Below, in pieces: positions 50,687 through 64,000 of a stretch of DNA of 64,000 nucleotides; within the stretch, counting starts at the first letter, position 1, and every line of letters starts with the position of its first letter. Origin of the DNA: Schmidtea polychroa (lineage: Eukaryota); contig CM097885.1 in assembly GCA_044892525.1 (NCBI GenBank), positions 13,146,001 through 13,210,000 on the forward strand. The letters are read 5' to 3'. The notes beneath the pieces are model-generated. The model was not told the origin of the DNA and made no database searches. It saw only the letters and a list, made by a program, of their open reading frames with translations. A program made the position numbers and the translations under genes.

Positions 50687-53600
50687 ATAGTAATTATTTA
50701 TAGAATAAGGTATAAATTATTAATATAAATAACGATCACAATTTCAGTTAAGGGACGAACAAAATCGACAAAAACTGCACATCAGTTTTATCAATTTGAG
50801 ACAACACGACAACATTGAAACACGAAGAAAAACTCATACGAGCACAATTAATCAAAAAGATACACAGAAACAAACTTGAGCTGAACTCACCAATACCATA
50901 TTGTACAATCACTCGTACAATAGAAATCAATTTGTTTACATTTTATCGGATTGTTGGGCTAGAACCGAGAATTGAGAGCTTGTTTTAATGAATCAAAAAT
51001 ATATAATCGCACCAAGTTAAATTAAAACACCAATTAATACAAATTAAGGTACATAGTGCATTGATAAATAAGACCCGTGTAATAAAATAAAGGAACGCAA
51101 AAAAGGTCGCGATCACTAACACAATTAGGAGAAATATCGCATTCGGAATATCTAACAACTAAAAAATAAAATAATGATGAATAAAATAATGGGTAGTGGA
51201 TTAATTAATAATGTGAAAATTTTTTAAATAAATTTAAAATTTAAAATAAATTATCTAGTAAACTGATAAAAAGTAGAATAAAAGTAGTGAAATTAGATTA
51301 ATTATAAAATTTATAAAACCAAATTGTTTAAATCAATGAAATAAAACTAACTAAACTTGTTTAAATTATAAAACTTGTAAAACTAAATTAAAATTAGCAA
51401 AAACTATTTAAATTATAGAATTTATAAAAATAAATCTTAAAAATTAATAAAAATTAGAATTTTGATTAATTAAATTAATTAAAATTAAAAAATAAATAAT
51501 TGCACACATTCATGTATGCATGCAAAAATTAATCAGAATTGCCTCGCATTCTAATTGGATATAGTAGCAGAGAATGCGTAGGCGTATAATTCAATCAGGA
51601 TAAATACTGAGTGAAATTTCAGTTTAACAACTAGTTAACAGAAAATCGCCGCAATAAACAAACCAAATCTCGGAGCTCTCGATTGTCGGTTTATGCAGAC
51701 GCGGTAAAGTGAATTTGATTTTTTAATTTTATATGAATTATAAATTTATATGAGGTAACATGTAATTTTCAGGATTTAGTAAAATCTGTAATTGAATTTG
51801 TTTGGCTAATTCTGTGTTTGCTTATTTGATTTTTAATTTTGAATAATATTATAATAGGAGTTGGGTAAGCTGAGTTTGATTTTATTAATGATAAATTTAT
51901 ATGATGAAAAATGTAATTTTCAGAATTAAATAAAATTTTTAATTGAATTTGTTTTAACTAATTCTTGTGTTTTGTTTATTCTCTTTATTTTTTCGAATAA
52001 TACTATAATGGGTGTTGATTTTTTCATGATATTTATGTATTGATGCTCTAGATTGGGGGAAGGTTTGTGGATGGACGGCACCATGTGCTGTTGGTAGACA
52101 GATGTTTCGCCAGTTAGGTCCATCGGGTTAGAGGATATAGATAGGGATATGAACGATTGATGAGAGTAAAGTCAATTTAAGATAGTTTAGGGCCTTGTTT
52201 AGATTTAGATCGTATAGGATGACTGAGTCACCTTTATCTTCATAGATATCACTGAGTAAGGAGTAATAATAGGATAGTTAGGTCCAGTTGTCGGTAGATA
52301 AAGTAGGTTTAGGCAATCTTACAGAAACCACGAATGGTTAAGATATCCGATAGTTCAGGATTAGAAATACAAGCAGATCCCTTCGCAAATTTTTATGAGA
52401 AGTATGGAAACATGTTGACTAATTTGGGAATAAGGGCAGACCCCTACTCAAATTTTTGAAACATCAAGTTACATTTTTCACAAGTACCGCCGAAAATATG
52501 GAACGACATTTATCGACTTGGAAATAAATTATCGAAAAATATTATAGAAAACACATAATGATTTATAACAGAAAAATAAGGGCGCATCCCTGCACAAAAT
52601 TTTGAAAAGGAACAATAGAAAACATCCAGAAATGAGGACCATAGCTGAATAAAACAGAAAAGTGGAAAGTAGAAATAGAAAATAACTAATGACGTAAGAC
52701 CTTCTATCGGCCGCCTAGAACCCGAAAAGAAAATACAATGGGGAGTAGTTTTAGCAATAGAGCTCACCTGCTCATTGTTTTTTCACCTTTGTGTACAGTA
52801 CCAACATGGTCGTCGCCATAGGTACACAAATGGTTAAATAGCAATAGTCATGGAGGTGCATAGGAAAGAGTCGAGTGAATATCTAAATTGCCCTTAACGT
52901 ATTTAAAATGTAAAAATGACACACCCCTAAGTACCCAACATGATTTTTGGGGGCTCAGCCTGGATATATTTACATTTCTTTGATCGGAAAAACCACGACC
53001 AAATAATCATAATAAATTCGTAATAATAAAGTTCGAAAATTTGTTGTTGCCGAAAAACCATGCTCAAATAACAATAGATTGCACTTGGAAAATTTCCGAC
53101 TTTAACAACAAAAACGAAAAATTGTGTAAATAGGAAAATTATAATTTAAAATTTATAAAAATAAGTTAATCCAGAAATAAAATTAATTGGGGTAAAAGGA
53201 AATTTAAAATAAAAATTATTTTAGTAAGGAAATTAAATAGATTTAAAAAAAATAGATTTAATTTAACTATAAAAATAGAAATTTAAAATAAAAATTAACT
53301 TAGATAAAATCACAAAAAGTAAATTATATAAGCATCAAAGGCTAAATCAAAAGACAAAAACTAAATTCGAAAAGATTAATTTAAAAACAAATAGGTAAAA
53401 TATATCGAAGTTACCTGCCAACGAAACAATCCAAAATAAATCAAAATCATGGTATGAAATTTCATAAAAGAACCTAATAACAAATTCTAAAATACTTAGT
53501 TAATTAAAAATTGAAATTGGAAAATAGGTAGAATATATTTAACTTATAGCGAAAATAATCCGAAAATAAAATATGATCAATTTCATAGAAATTCACAAGA

Positions 53601-53878
53601 ACCTGAAAAATAACCTAAAAATGGATTAAACAACAACCAATTTAAAATAAGGATGATGACTGCGAGTAAAATTTAAAACCATGAATAATGATTCCATAAT
53701 TGTGTGAAATCAAAACCCAGGCTTTAAAAATTTTTTTACTCAAAAGTTAGCAAATCTTACCTAGAAAATCCATAAAATGAAATCTAAAAAAACTGCAGTT
53801 TCTGGTAGAATAATCGATAATCACCAATAATTATTGGTGATTCTAATCCTGTACCCACTGACGCATGCAAGAGAAGTA

Positions 53879-54822
53879 CACCTAATTCCGAAATTTAATA
53901 ACTTCTATAATCTAAAAAAAATCAATAAATTTATAGTATAGGAACACACAAACTTACCTGTGTGTAGAAATTTATTATTCCGAAATTTAATAACCTTATT
54001 ATAATATTTGTGAAAGTGAGAGAAAAATAATTGAACAGACCAACAAAAAACACATAATGAAAAATGCATGCAAATTTCTTATATAGGTTTTTGTTCCGAA
54101 ATAAATAACCATATTGTTAACATATTGTTAAAATATAATTAATTTTAAATTATTAAAAAATGCAAGAAAATACTTTTAATTGTGGGAAGGCAGCATTTCA
54201 AATATTGAAGAAGGTCCTTCGAGATCTTTTGATTTACAGAAAGAAATTCGCAAATCGTAAATTTAAATAAATTATTTTAATAAATTAATATTTTCATAAA
54301 TATACAGAAAATGACAAAATTCTGCTTATTAATGCCTTTGAGAATGGGGACAATTACCAAGAATTTGGAAGATTACTAGGAATGACCAAATCTTCAATTA
54401 AAGCAATCATTTATAAATATAAAAAATATGCATTAAAATTGCATTACAAAATAAATGTATTTGGTGATTAGTTTATTTATTTAGTTAAAAATATATCTAA
54501 CTTACATTTTAACGAAATAATTCCAGATAAATGCATAAAATATCATAAAATTCCTAAAAAAACACCTGAAATTTAATTATCAATGTTATATTATAAAAGC
54601 TGACTAACAGTAATATTTAAGAACTTGAATAATGATCTCATAATTATATAAAATCAAAATTCAAGTCTTAAAAGTTACTTGAAATTAAAAAAATTACCTG
54701 AAAACCATTTTTAATAAATTAAATAAATGAAATTGAATAACTTCATTTTCACGTAAATGGTGACTCAACTGGTGTGCACACCAACGTGAATTATAGAGGT
54801 TATTAAATTTCGGAATTGGGTG
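53879..54822 (+). mobile_element. Tc1/mariner-type MITE, 944 bp, copy B (retains a transposase HTH fragment)
   Basis: Same TIRs as 9751-10694, with TA flanks. Internal KYTENDKILLINAFENGDNYQEFGRLLGMTKSSIKAIIYKYKKY. Confidence 0.92.
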
Positions 54823-56239
54823 TAGATGAAAATCATTTCTATTGACTATCCAAAACTCAGGTCAGAGAAATTATTACATTATGCACCTAAATCCGAAATT
54901 TTTATTATTACATTATGTATTATGAAATAACATCATAAGTTCGAAATTAGAAAATATTCAAGATAAAATCAAATATTTCAAAATGAAATAATGCAGATTT
55001 CTTTAAATTCCTGTGTAAAAATAACTTTTACTCTTTGTCTAGTCGTAAGAAAAAAATCAGTTACCCTTCTTGTGGAATTAATAATCTGGCCAATCAATTT
55101 CGTGGAAGTTGTTAAAAATGTATTGAAGATCTTTCTAACTTGTTGGATAGACGAGACGGTTCTTGGCTAAAATATTCAAAAATTTGTGTATCAAAAGGAT
55201 AATGTATGTGTATATCACTGACTATAGGATCAAAAGAATGGAATAAAAATGAATTTCGGTTCGGTTGGACTTTTTGTCAATTCAAAAATTGGAATTTTAT
55301 TTATGATGGAATAAGTAAGTTAGGTTAATGTTGATAAAAGGAAATATAAAATTCTTTTCTGGCAAATTTGTTTTGAATGATCGTTTGATTGATTGGCGGT
55401 TTGGTTCGGGTTTGACTGAGGATTGGTTGTTTGTGCTCATAGTCATATTTGTGTCAATAATTTGTTAAATGTTAAGGGTGAATATTGCCAACACAGTGAG
55501 TTAACAGGTTGCTTCCTAGGGAATTTTTATGGTGTTGCGTTATGTTATGCCATCAAGTTTCAGAATTGGTGGATCCTAATCGTTGGTTTTGGCATTGCAC
55601 AGGATAAATTAAATTCGTTTGATAAGCATATCTTAGACGCCTTTTAGATTGAAATTGAGTGAGTTTGTTTTTGGTGAGCATTTAACAAACTCAACTAAAT
55701 AATAGAAAAAGTAATTTGAATTAATTTTTAATAAAAATAAATTAAAATTTGCATTTGAATATGGTGCTAATAATTGGATGATAAGTATGTTAATTAATTT
55801 TCAAAAAAAAAATTCTGTTTCCCAGAAATAATAAATTGATAAATGGACGGGACATGGACAAATCAATACAGAATAAAAAATATAGAACCTCTTATTTAAT
55901 AAAATTTGGTGCAAATCGTGGAGGTACTCTGAAAGTCAAGTATGAGATTGTGTGAGTGAATTGACTATAGGAATGTGCATATTTTTGGAATTTGGAGGCA
56001 AATGACTTTGATATTGATTACACCATGGTATCTTTATACACGTTAGGAAATTTGCGTAGATTATACAAGGATGTCAAAATGTAGGATGATAAAATAGAAA
56101 AACTGAACAATAAAGACTATTAAATAAACATTCAAATAAAAATATAATAAAATACAACGAATAACAACTCATCTAAAAATCAAACAAAGCAAATGATAAT
56201 CATATCTTCAACACAGGGATAATCGAATTATTCATTCAA

Positions 56240-57075
56240 CCCCGATCCTGGCAAACGCGAATCCAAGACAGATGCCTTTATGGAAAAGATTGTACTTGCT
56301 CATATATATACTATCTAAAGAACACAAGCTATGGAAAAGTATCGGAACAACAACAAAAGGACATTCGGTTTCGAGAGCAGCGAGAGATATTGGACAAAGG
56401 ATGTACACAGGAAATAAAGAGTTGTTTTCCTTTTAACGTAAAAAATACACGAATTGATAAAGGATTAATGACAGTAGAAAAGAACAAAAATGTCTTAATG
56501 TTAGTCCCAGAAACATTTGAAGGCCTGTTAAAAACAACTCTACATGAAGAACTATGTCACATTCGAGTTAAGAAAATTTTTCATTAAATGGAAAATATAT
56601 TTTATTGGCCGAAAATGCAAGAAACAATCAAACTCTGTTTACGATGTTGCGAAATCTGCTCTAAGAGAAAGATCGACCAGACAAAAACCAAGGAAACATT
56701 TATTCCTAGATATAGCTCTAAATTCCATGGACAAATTGTTATAGATGTGACTTACATGAAAATAAACGCCATAAAAAATATATGGTAGTAATGGTGGACC
56801 CTTTTAGCAAACTGATTTCTTTAACTGCAATCATAAAAGCAAGACGAAAAGACAAGTTTCAAAACGATACTTAATAGTTGGATCTATCGATTCGGTAAAC
56901 CGAAGAGCATTTTAACAGATAGAGGCCGAAATTTCGAAGGGAATTTTATGAGACAGAATCTACAAAAACTTGGAATCAAACAGGAATTCAGGTCACCTTA
57001 CCAGCACCAATCAAAAGGTTCACGAGCCATACGAACGATAAGAGATCTTATCACAGCAACATTGGTAGGTAGGTA
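56240..57075 (+). pseudogene. Ty3/Gypsy integrase remnant
   Basis: LHEELCHIRV...FYWPKMQETIKLCLRCCEICSKRK (HHCC), IVIDVTYM, ILTDRGRNFEG and FRSPYQHQSKG. Confidence 0.9.
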
Positions 57076-59001
57076 GCAGTCGACAAATAATAATTTTAAT
57101 TTTGTTTAAATCGTTGATTACATCATCAATTTTCAATTTTTATAAGAATTTTTTATGTCAATATACTTGAAATTAAATTCTCTATTAAATTATACTATGA
57201 TGTAATCAAAATTGTGAAATTTCATTTTTAGTGCACCATTTTGAATTAACACATCTTTTTAAATAACTTGAGATATTTCCACTCAAACAATATATAGATA
57301 AAATTTAAATCTCTACAAAATTATTTATTTCAAATCCACAATCATAACACCTTAAACAATAACTTTTTCAGCCAACTTTTACATACACACACATTTTCAA
57401 CTTTTAAAAAATACAAATTATTCATTTATACTTAAGAAAACCCCTTATGATATTAAAAAATTATATTAAAAGATATTAAAAACTAAACATTAATTAAAAT
57501 CCCAGAGAAATTCGATCACTATCTAATCTCCAAGGTGATATGACATCCAGTTTATATCCCTGTATTGAAATATTTACAAACCAGCCTTCCACATCTTTAT
57601 ATTCAATTTCTTTAAAGGCATGATGAAAACTGGAATTTCAATTGTTGATGAATATATTTCCATTGCAACTTAGATTGATTTTCCCTAACAGTTTATTTAC
57701 TGCAACAACATCTTCCTTTGTTATATGAAACTTGAATATTGCGACTTGATCAATTTGACTGCATTTGAGAATTTATATGGAATTTCATCTACCAAGAAAT
57801 ATATCTAATGGTTTAGCTACACATCTTTCTTGATTTGAATCAGTTTCAATTATTTTCTTAATTCTTTCTTTCAATACAATAAATCTAAGAAGTTTTATTT
57901 CATTTTATTAAATTTTATCAATCATTACTTAGTATTTTATTAATTGATATTAATAATTTTATTTCATTTTCATTTTTATTTTCATTATTATTATTAATAT
58001 TATTATTATTATTATTATAATTATAATTATAATTATAATTATTATTATATGTCACTCATCATGAAATACTCAAAATATATAGGTTAAGTTTCGAATTTAA
58101 TAATTCACATATAAATAAATTATATCAAGAACCTTCACAAAAAATAATTTAAATAACTGAACACATTATTATTATTTCAAAGTATCGAGTGAAACCATGT
58201 ACATCTCATAAATTATTATTTAGATTTAATAAAATTACAGCATAATATTTTCTACTTTATTACTCACCGTTGAAAATTAAATATCTATTCTTCATTAAAA
58301 ATCAATCAAATAATTTAACTATCTGTAAACTATGTTTACTCAATTGATCCGAGAAATCTATATTTTAAGTATAATTATTATTTCATTTAAAATATATTTA
58401 AAACCAGTATGTTTTAATTACAAAAATAGTTATCAATAAATGGAGTAAGGGGTATGAAATTATTAAGAATCAATAAGTAACACACAGTGTTAATAGTATG
58501 TTAATAGTATTAACTTATGACATATTACAATTAATCCACTCACGATCGTATACATATATTAAAACACGTACATATTAACATAATTTCATACACACGCACA
58601 AATTAATATTATTCAATACAAACAGTTTATAGAGGTTAGCACATATAAACCAATCAAAATCATGCATTAATATTGCATATTTATTGCATGAGTAATATCA
58701 AAACCGAAAAATTCATTACATCAATAAATAATAATTTCTATTACAGTTTTTTAAATTATATTCAATCACTAATTATTGTAAAATAATTAATTATTTCAGT
58801 TAATGGTTACAAAATCAATAAAAATATTACAATAAATCAAAACAACATTACGAAATCTTCAATAAATTACAATAATATTATAAAGTATTCATTAAGTTGC
58901 AATAAAGTGGGAAATTATTTCGGTGAATGGCAAATATTAATTAAATATTTTACACTAAATTACCACAAAATTATGAAACTTTTCATTAAATTACAACAAA
59001 G

Positions 59002-59959
59002 TGTTGGGATATTGGGTTGGTGACAATGTTTGTAAATTCAAACTTTTACTCTGACTCCAAAGCGTGTTTATTAATTCACAATTCAACACTCTTGAACACG
59101 ATGAGCTTTATTAATATTCACACTGGATTGTACAAATTTCAATTACAGCCAATTAACTATAAACCAATTTATCACACAGCTTATTTCGACACTACATGAA
59201 GAATAGCCTTTTCTGTAACCACAACAATAATCACTAATCATGAACTACTCAATTACAGGGTACGTTGATCGATTGTTCTATTTGCTTTGACAACCAATTT
59301 ATTTATTCCACATCCATTTTATATTTAATTTTACAAAAGATTCTCGTCACTTCTCGTTTCACTCTGTTCTGAACTCTGTTTAATTCTCCCTTTAAATGTT
59401 CCTTTAAATTCTCCCTTTGATTCTCATTTTTAACTCTCAAAATTTAATTCTCCTTTTAACTCTCGTTTTCTTTTCTCGTTGTCTCGTTTTTTGTCTCTAA
59501 TTTTGTACTACTTTCGTTTTAATTATGTTCCACTTTCGTTCTAATTTCGTTCCATTTTTGTTCTGATTTCTCAGTCAACTGTTCCGTTTTACATAGTCTG
59601 TTTCATTTGTGGCACTGGCGACAGATTCTGCTTTCCATTTTCTTTTTCATCTACGTCAGCCCTATCTCTAACAGATATCAAGATATTTTCCCATTTCCTA
59701 TTTTGTTAAGCCGCTTTCTCCCGACAATTTCACTATCTTTGACAAGCTGTCAAGATACGGCTTTTCCCCTTAATTTGTTTTTCTGGAATTTGAAATTCCA
59801 CTTTCATTTGTACTTCTTAATTAACAATGACCTTTGTTTTAATTTCTTGTTTATTTCCTTTCATTTGATTTATCTTTCTCATTTTTAATTTCTTTTTACT
59901 TCCGTTTTCTTTTCTGAGTTTCCATAGATCGTCCCGTTTGTCATAAAGATCTTCCCCCA
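59002..59959 (-). mobile_element. LTR-like sequence
   Basis: The minus strand ends cacgctttggagtcagagtaa...cccaaca like the 12452 LTR. The 5' boundary is uncertain. Confidence 0.5.
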
Positions 59960-59992
59960 GATAATTTATTTATTTATTATGTTTGGGAGGTG

Positions 59993-60956
59993 TTTTCAGT
60001 TGAGAATTAAATATTTCAATGATTTATCAAAATAATTTTAAATTGTAAATAATTGACTATTAAAATAGCTTTTAAATAATTTTTAAATTGGATTTTTTAA
60101 GTTGAAATTTTTGAATTAAAATAGCTTTTTAAAAAAGAAGTTTTATTAACCCCTTTACCGGTAGATCCGAGTTAACTCGTTTTATATATTTGAAAGTGTA
60201 CTGCAGCACGGTAGACCCGAGTATACTCGGCTAAACGTAAATACGTCGTTCTAGGTCATTTAGAAACATCAAACCATAATAACCATGCACTCTATACAAC
60301 TCTAGCTCCGCTGAGGGCAAGAATGTATGGCAGGGCTAAACAAAATAAAAAATTATACAAAATATTTCCCATGAAATCTCAGAAAACGCTTCAAACCTCA
60401 ATGTAGCTGTATTACCCCATCGCTATAGGCTAAATCATCACAACAACTATTATTATGCTGTTCTAGTGTGTCAGATAAATAAAATTGAAGACAATACAAA
60501 AAAATTCTTACAAAAGGTTGGAGCAAAAGACACAAAAACTTGCAAAACAATTGTTCATCTTATTCAGTACCTTGTTATCCACAACTCATTACTTTACAAC
60601 AATACTAAAAACTGCTTTATTTGTTATTAATTAGTTAACTGTTATTCGTTATTGTTGATAAAAAAGTTTTAAAAATAATTAAAAGATTAATTTTTTTATA
60701 GCCGCAAATAAAGTCGCCAATTAAGGGTCGATTTCAGAAAAAGAAGTTGACGGTAAAGGGGTTAATGAAAATTTTTTAAATAAATATATTTTAAATATTG
60801 AAATTTTGATAAATGGTTTTGAAAATATTTTATTCAACGCTGAAAATTTGATTAAAATTATACAATATGTCATATAATAAATACTTGAAATTATGTCGTT
60901 AACTTTTGAACCGGATTTAAAAAATAATTTAGAAGATGTGTTAGCAGCTTCTAATA
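59993..60956 (+). repeat. AT-rich interspersed repeat, copy 3, interrupted by a piggyBac MITE
   Basis: Both halves align with 3139-3450. Confidence 0.85.
60150..60761. mobile_element. 612-bp piggyBac-type MITE
   Basis: TTAA-cccctttaccg...cggtaaagggg-TTAA, a perfect 11-bp TIR. An empty site with a single TTAA is seen in repeat copy 2 (~4623). Confidence 0.92.
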
Positions 60957-60963
60957 TAGACAA

Positions 60964-61347
60964 TGTCGGACGAAACGTTATTGGAGAAGATTTGAAGACA
61001 AGAGTTAGTTGAAAAATAAAATGAAAAGAAGTTACTTGAGTATTTGAATAAATTTGTGAAGAAGGTCAAAGAAAACAACCAGCTCAAAGTGCCAGTTGAT
61101 AAACCAATCAGTAATTTGTGATCTTTTAATCCGGTGTTATACACAAGTCCTATTCCTCACTGAGTGTTGTAATAAGCATTGTATAGTCACCAAGCAGAGT
61201 GTTGAATTGATTGTCAGTGTAAAGTGAAAGTTTATTTGTGATTATCAATAAAGATTTCTGTAGTCAAGTGTTATTTGTGGATCGGTCAGAGACACGCTTG
61301 GAGTCAGAGTAAACGTTTAAATGTTTCACCAACTCAATAACCTAACA
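60964..61347 (+). mobile_element. Probable solo LTR
   Basis: tgt...aaca termini and the shared U5 motif cacgcttggagtcagagtaa. Confidence 0.55.
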
Positions 61348-61372
61348 ATATGTTTAAAGGTATTAGTTGAGA

Positions 61373-61425
61373 TAAGATCCGGACTGGCCATAGGTCAGAA
61401 CGGGCAAATGCCCGATGGCCCGGTC
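61373..61425 (+). mobile_element. hAT-type terminal sequence
   Basis: ccggactggccatagg...cgggcaaatgcccgatggcccgg resembles the ends of the 2618-4214 element. Confidence 0.55.
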
Positions 61426-62486
61426 TAGTCAAAAGGATGTTTGCGTCTCGAAAAAATTATACTATTTATATGTGATATAGCAAAGTACATATCTTATACA
61501 TTGCATGAGTTTCGGACATATAATCCGCCAAAAATAAGCACTGTCCGTATAACAAACCTAATGTTACATTGTAACATGCCTGTCTTTTCAGCAGCATGCT
61601 ACCGAGATATTTCTGTCACTTCCTTTGCTTATATATTAAAAAAAACAAAAAACATTCCCGGAATTACTCCTTTGCTAATCTGATTTATTACCATTTCGAA
61701 GAACATTTTGGTGGGTTACAGGTAATCCAAAGTTTCCACCTACTCGTGCTGTTTCCAGCGTAACCCAGAATACAATTGACAGCTGACCACTTGATACCCG
61801 TTGAGCAATCAACGTTGGTACTGTATCAAGGGTTTGAGTACTAGCAAAAATTGAGCATGCTTAGCATACTATAATTGTCTAACACCCATTGGGGTTCACG
61901 GACTGCCGGTAGAAGGCTTATGTCCGATTTCTTATTCAGGTCCCCATCTATTCCTACCGATTGAGTGTCGTTCCATTTATATTTATTCCATTTAAAATAC
62001 AAAACCACGTTTTCTTTATTCATCGATTTCCCGTTGTCGTTACTCACACTCCATTTCAGACATATCCCTGTACGCGTGTACACACATAGGTATTCGCCTC
62101 CCCATCCATCTCTTCATACACCTGTATACGCCCATCTATTCACGTCAGTGAGCTTGCCGGATTATCTGGGTATTCGATTCGGTTTTAATCACGTTCAAAC
62201 ATCCAACATACTCTATTTAAATTTACTGCATTCTCGATCCTCGTTTTTGTCAATTAGTTTTTAAATGCCCAATTTGGCTTTTAATTAATTTAATTTTTAA
62301 CGAAATATCGATCCTGATGAGGCATTATCTCCTAGAAATTTAGAGAAAACATTCAATTTCATGTCTTCACTATTGCTTCAAAAACATATAAAAAACGTTG
62401 ATCTTTTCAAATTACATTATTAATTAACTTTGTTTAAGCTAACTATTTTAATCTAAAATCTTGTTTAACACTGGGTGGTAATTTGA

Positions 62487-62491
<5 letters not shown>

Positions 62492-62560
<69 letters not shown>
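62492..62560. repeat. (TA)n microsatellite
   Basis: Direct reading. Confidence 0.95.
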
Positions 62561-62562
<2 letters not shown>

Positions 62563-63476
62563 CAGGATTAAACCAGTGAATCGGATTTTACCACTAAATT
62601 CGGGTACACTGGGGTGATAAGTATTAGTGACGAGCCTAGCTACTCGTGTTACTTGCTTATCCCTCAGTTGTACTCGTCATGAGTGGTGTAAGCACCATTT
62701 TCGTATTGGAGGGTAATTTATTTTATTAAAATGCTTATTTTTAGATATTTAAACGGTAAGTTTACAACTGAAAACTGAAATAGAAGCGCTAGTCGGAGCA
62801 TACGGGTATAAACTACCTAGCAAACTTTTCAGGAAAAGGTGAATTATTGGAATTTTATCGGCTCTCAAAACGAACAATTTGCACAATAAAAGTTCCTATT
62901 TTGTTTAGTTATTTTTTTTTCTTTTTTATTCATTCACTCTTATGCTTTTTTATTCTATTTATAATAATAATAATAACATTGATAGCAGTAATAATAATAA
63001 TAGTAATAATAATAATAATAATGATAATAATAATCGCAGTAATAATAATAGCACTAGGGTAATAATAATAACACATGCAAAATTATAAAAATTTTTAGGA
63101 TTATACAACTTGGGGTCTTTAGGGGGAACGGTGGTTATATTTTTATAAGGTTATTTTATAAATCTATATATACATACACATACACATACATACATATTTA
63201 TATATATAATTTAAATTATTGTGTCGTCGTTTTCTGGGGGGCTGTTACTAAAAATAGATTTTAGTGGTTTTCTAAAATTTTATTGGAAGATAGGGTCATT
63301 GAAACTAAATTTAGAGATAGGGGAATCCCAAAATCAATAATTTGTTTTATAATTTTATTTTCATGAAATAAAGATAATTATTTTAATAATATAATAATAA
63401 TAATAATGATAATAATAATAATAAGAGTGATAATGTTACTGGTAACAATACTAATAACAATAATAATAACAATAAC

Positions 63477-63510
<34 letters not shown>

Positions 63511-64000
63511 TTAATAACAACAACAAAAATACTAATAACGATAATAATAATAATAAATGTAAATTTATATTTTTATAAGATACCTATGGGGGAGGGTCAT
63601 TTATGAAAATGTACAATTTATAATTTATTGCTTTTTCGTTGAAGAATAAAAATATTTTATATGTTCATTTTATAGAAAACTGAGCTACAGAAAACTGTTA
63701 TAAAACTAATCATAAAATAAATTTACATAAATTTTTAATCAATTTAAGTTAACACTTCTGTCTGGTGAGCATAATAATGGATAACTAACAAAACCGCAAA
63801 TTAGGAGCAGAGAAACTTAGATTGAAGAAACAAATTTATAGAAACCATTGCTGAAAAATGTGTTAAATTGACAAATATTTTTGCATGTCCGCATTCGTTT
63901 ACATCTAATACAGTGGCAGGAACAGTGGTAGTAACTGAAGTTGTTACTAGTAGTTCATATCAAGGTCAAGAACTAGTATGCATCGAACAACAGTTAGATG

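Noticed and set aside
53819..53842. 24-bp palindrome aatcaccaataattattggtgatt
   Set aside because: Single, AT-rich and without supporting context.
62310..62345. CTGATGAGGC...AGAAA, and the similar minus-strand word at ~24740-24760
   Set aside because: Helices I-III cannot be formed convincingly.

Overview
Very AT-rich eukaryotic DNA with long (AAT)n/(ATT)n microsatellites, dense transposon debris and a 45-nt intron. This resembles a triclad planarian, but the organism is inferred only. Two host genes are supported. The first is a minus-strand FoxL1/FoxC-like forkhead gene (exons 31451-31187 and 16650-16067, 282 aa) whose forkhead box is split by a 14.5-kb intron. The second is a plus-strand two-exon gene of unknown family (41059-41898, 264 aa) with a Q/N/P/M/Y-rich middle. 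The Fox intron holds a structurally intact Buster/Charlie-type hAT transposon (17349-19874, perfect 8-bp TSD, 616-aa ORF) plus Penelope, Blackjack, Helitron-like and LTR relics. The most unusual item is a degraded Polinton/Maverick-type endogenous virus at about 13210-15764. It has an integrase fragment, an A32-like packaging ATPase, and, head-to-head with the ATPase, a compact TATA-binding-protein-like gene (13687-14088) that the ORF track misses because of one internal stop. Other notable items: a minimal hammerhead ribozyme (5460-5501), Penelope-derived hairpin elements, and two Tc1/mariner-type MITEs with different internal deletions but the same 944-bp length. All family assignments are by-eye motif recognition; no searches were run.
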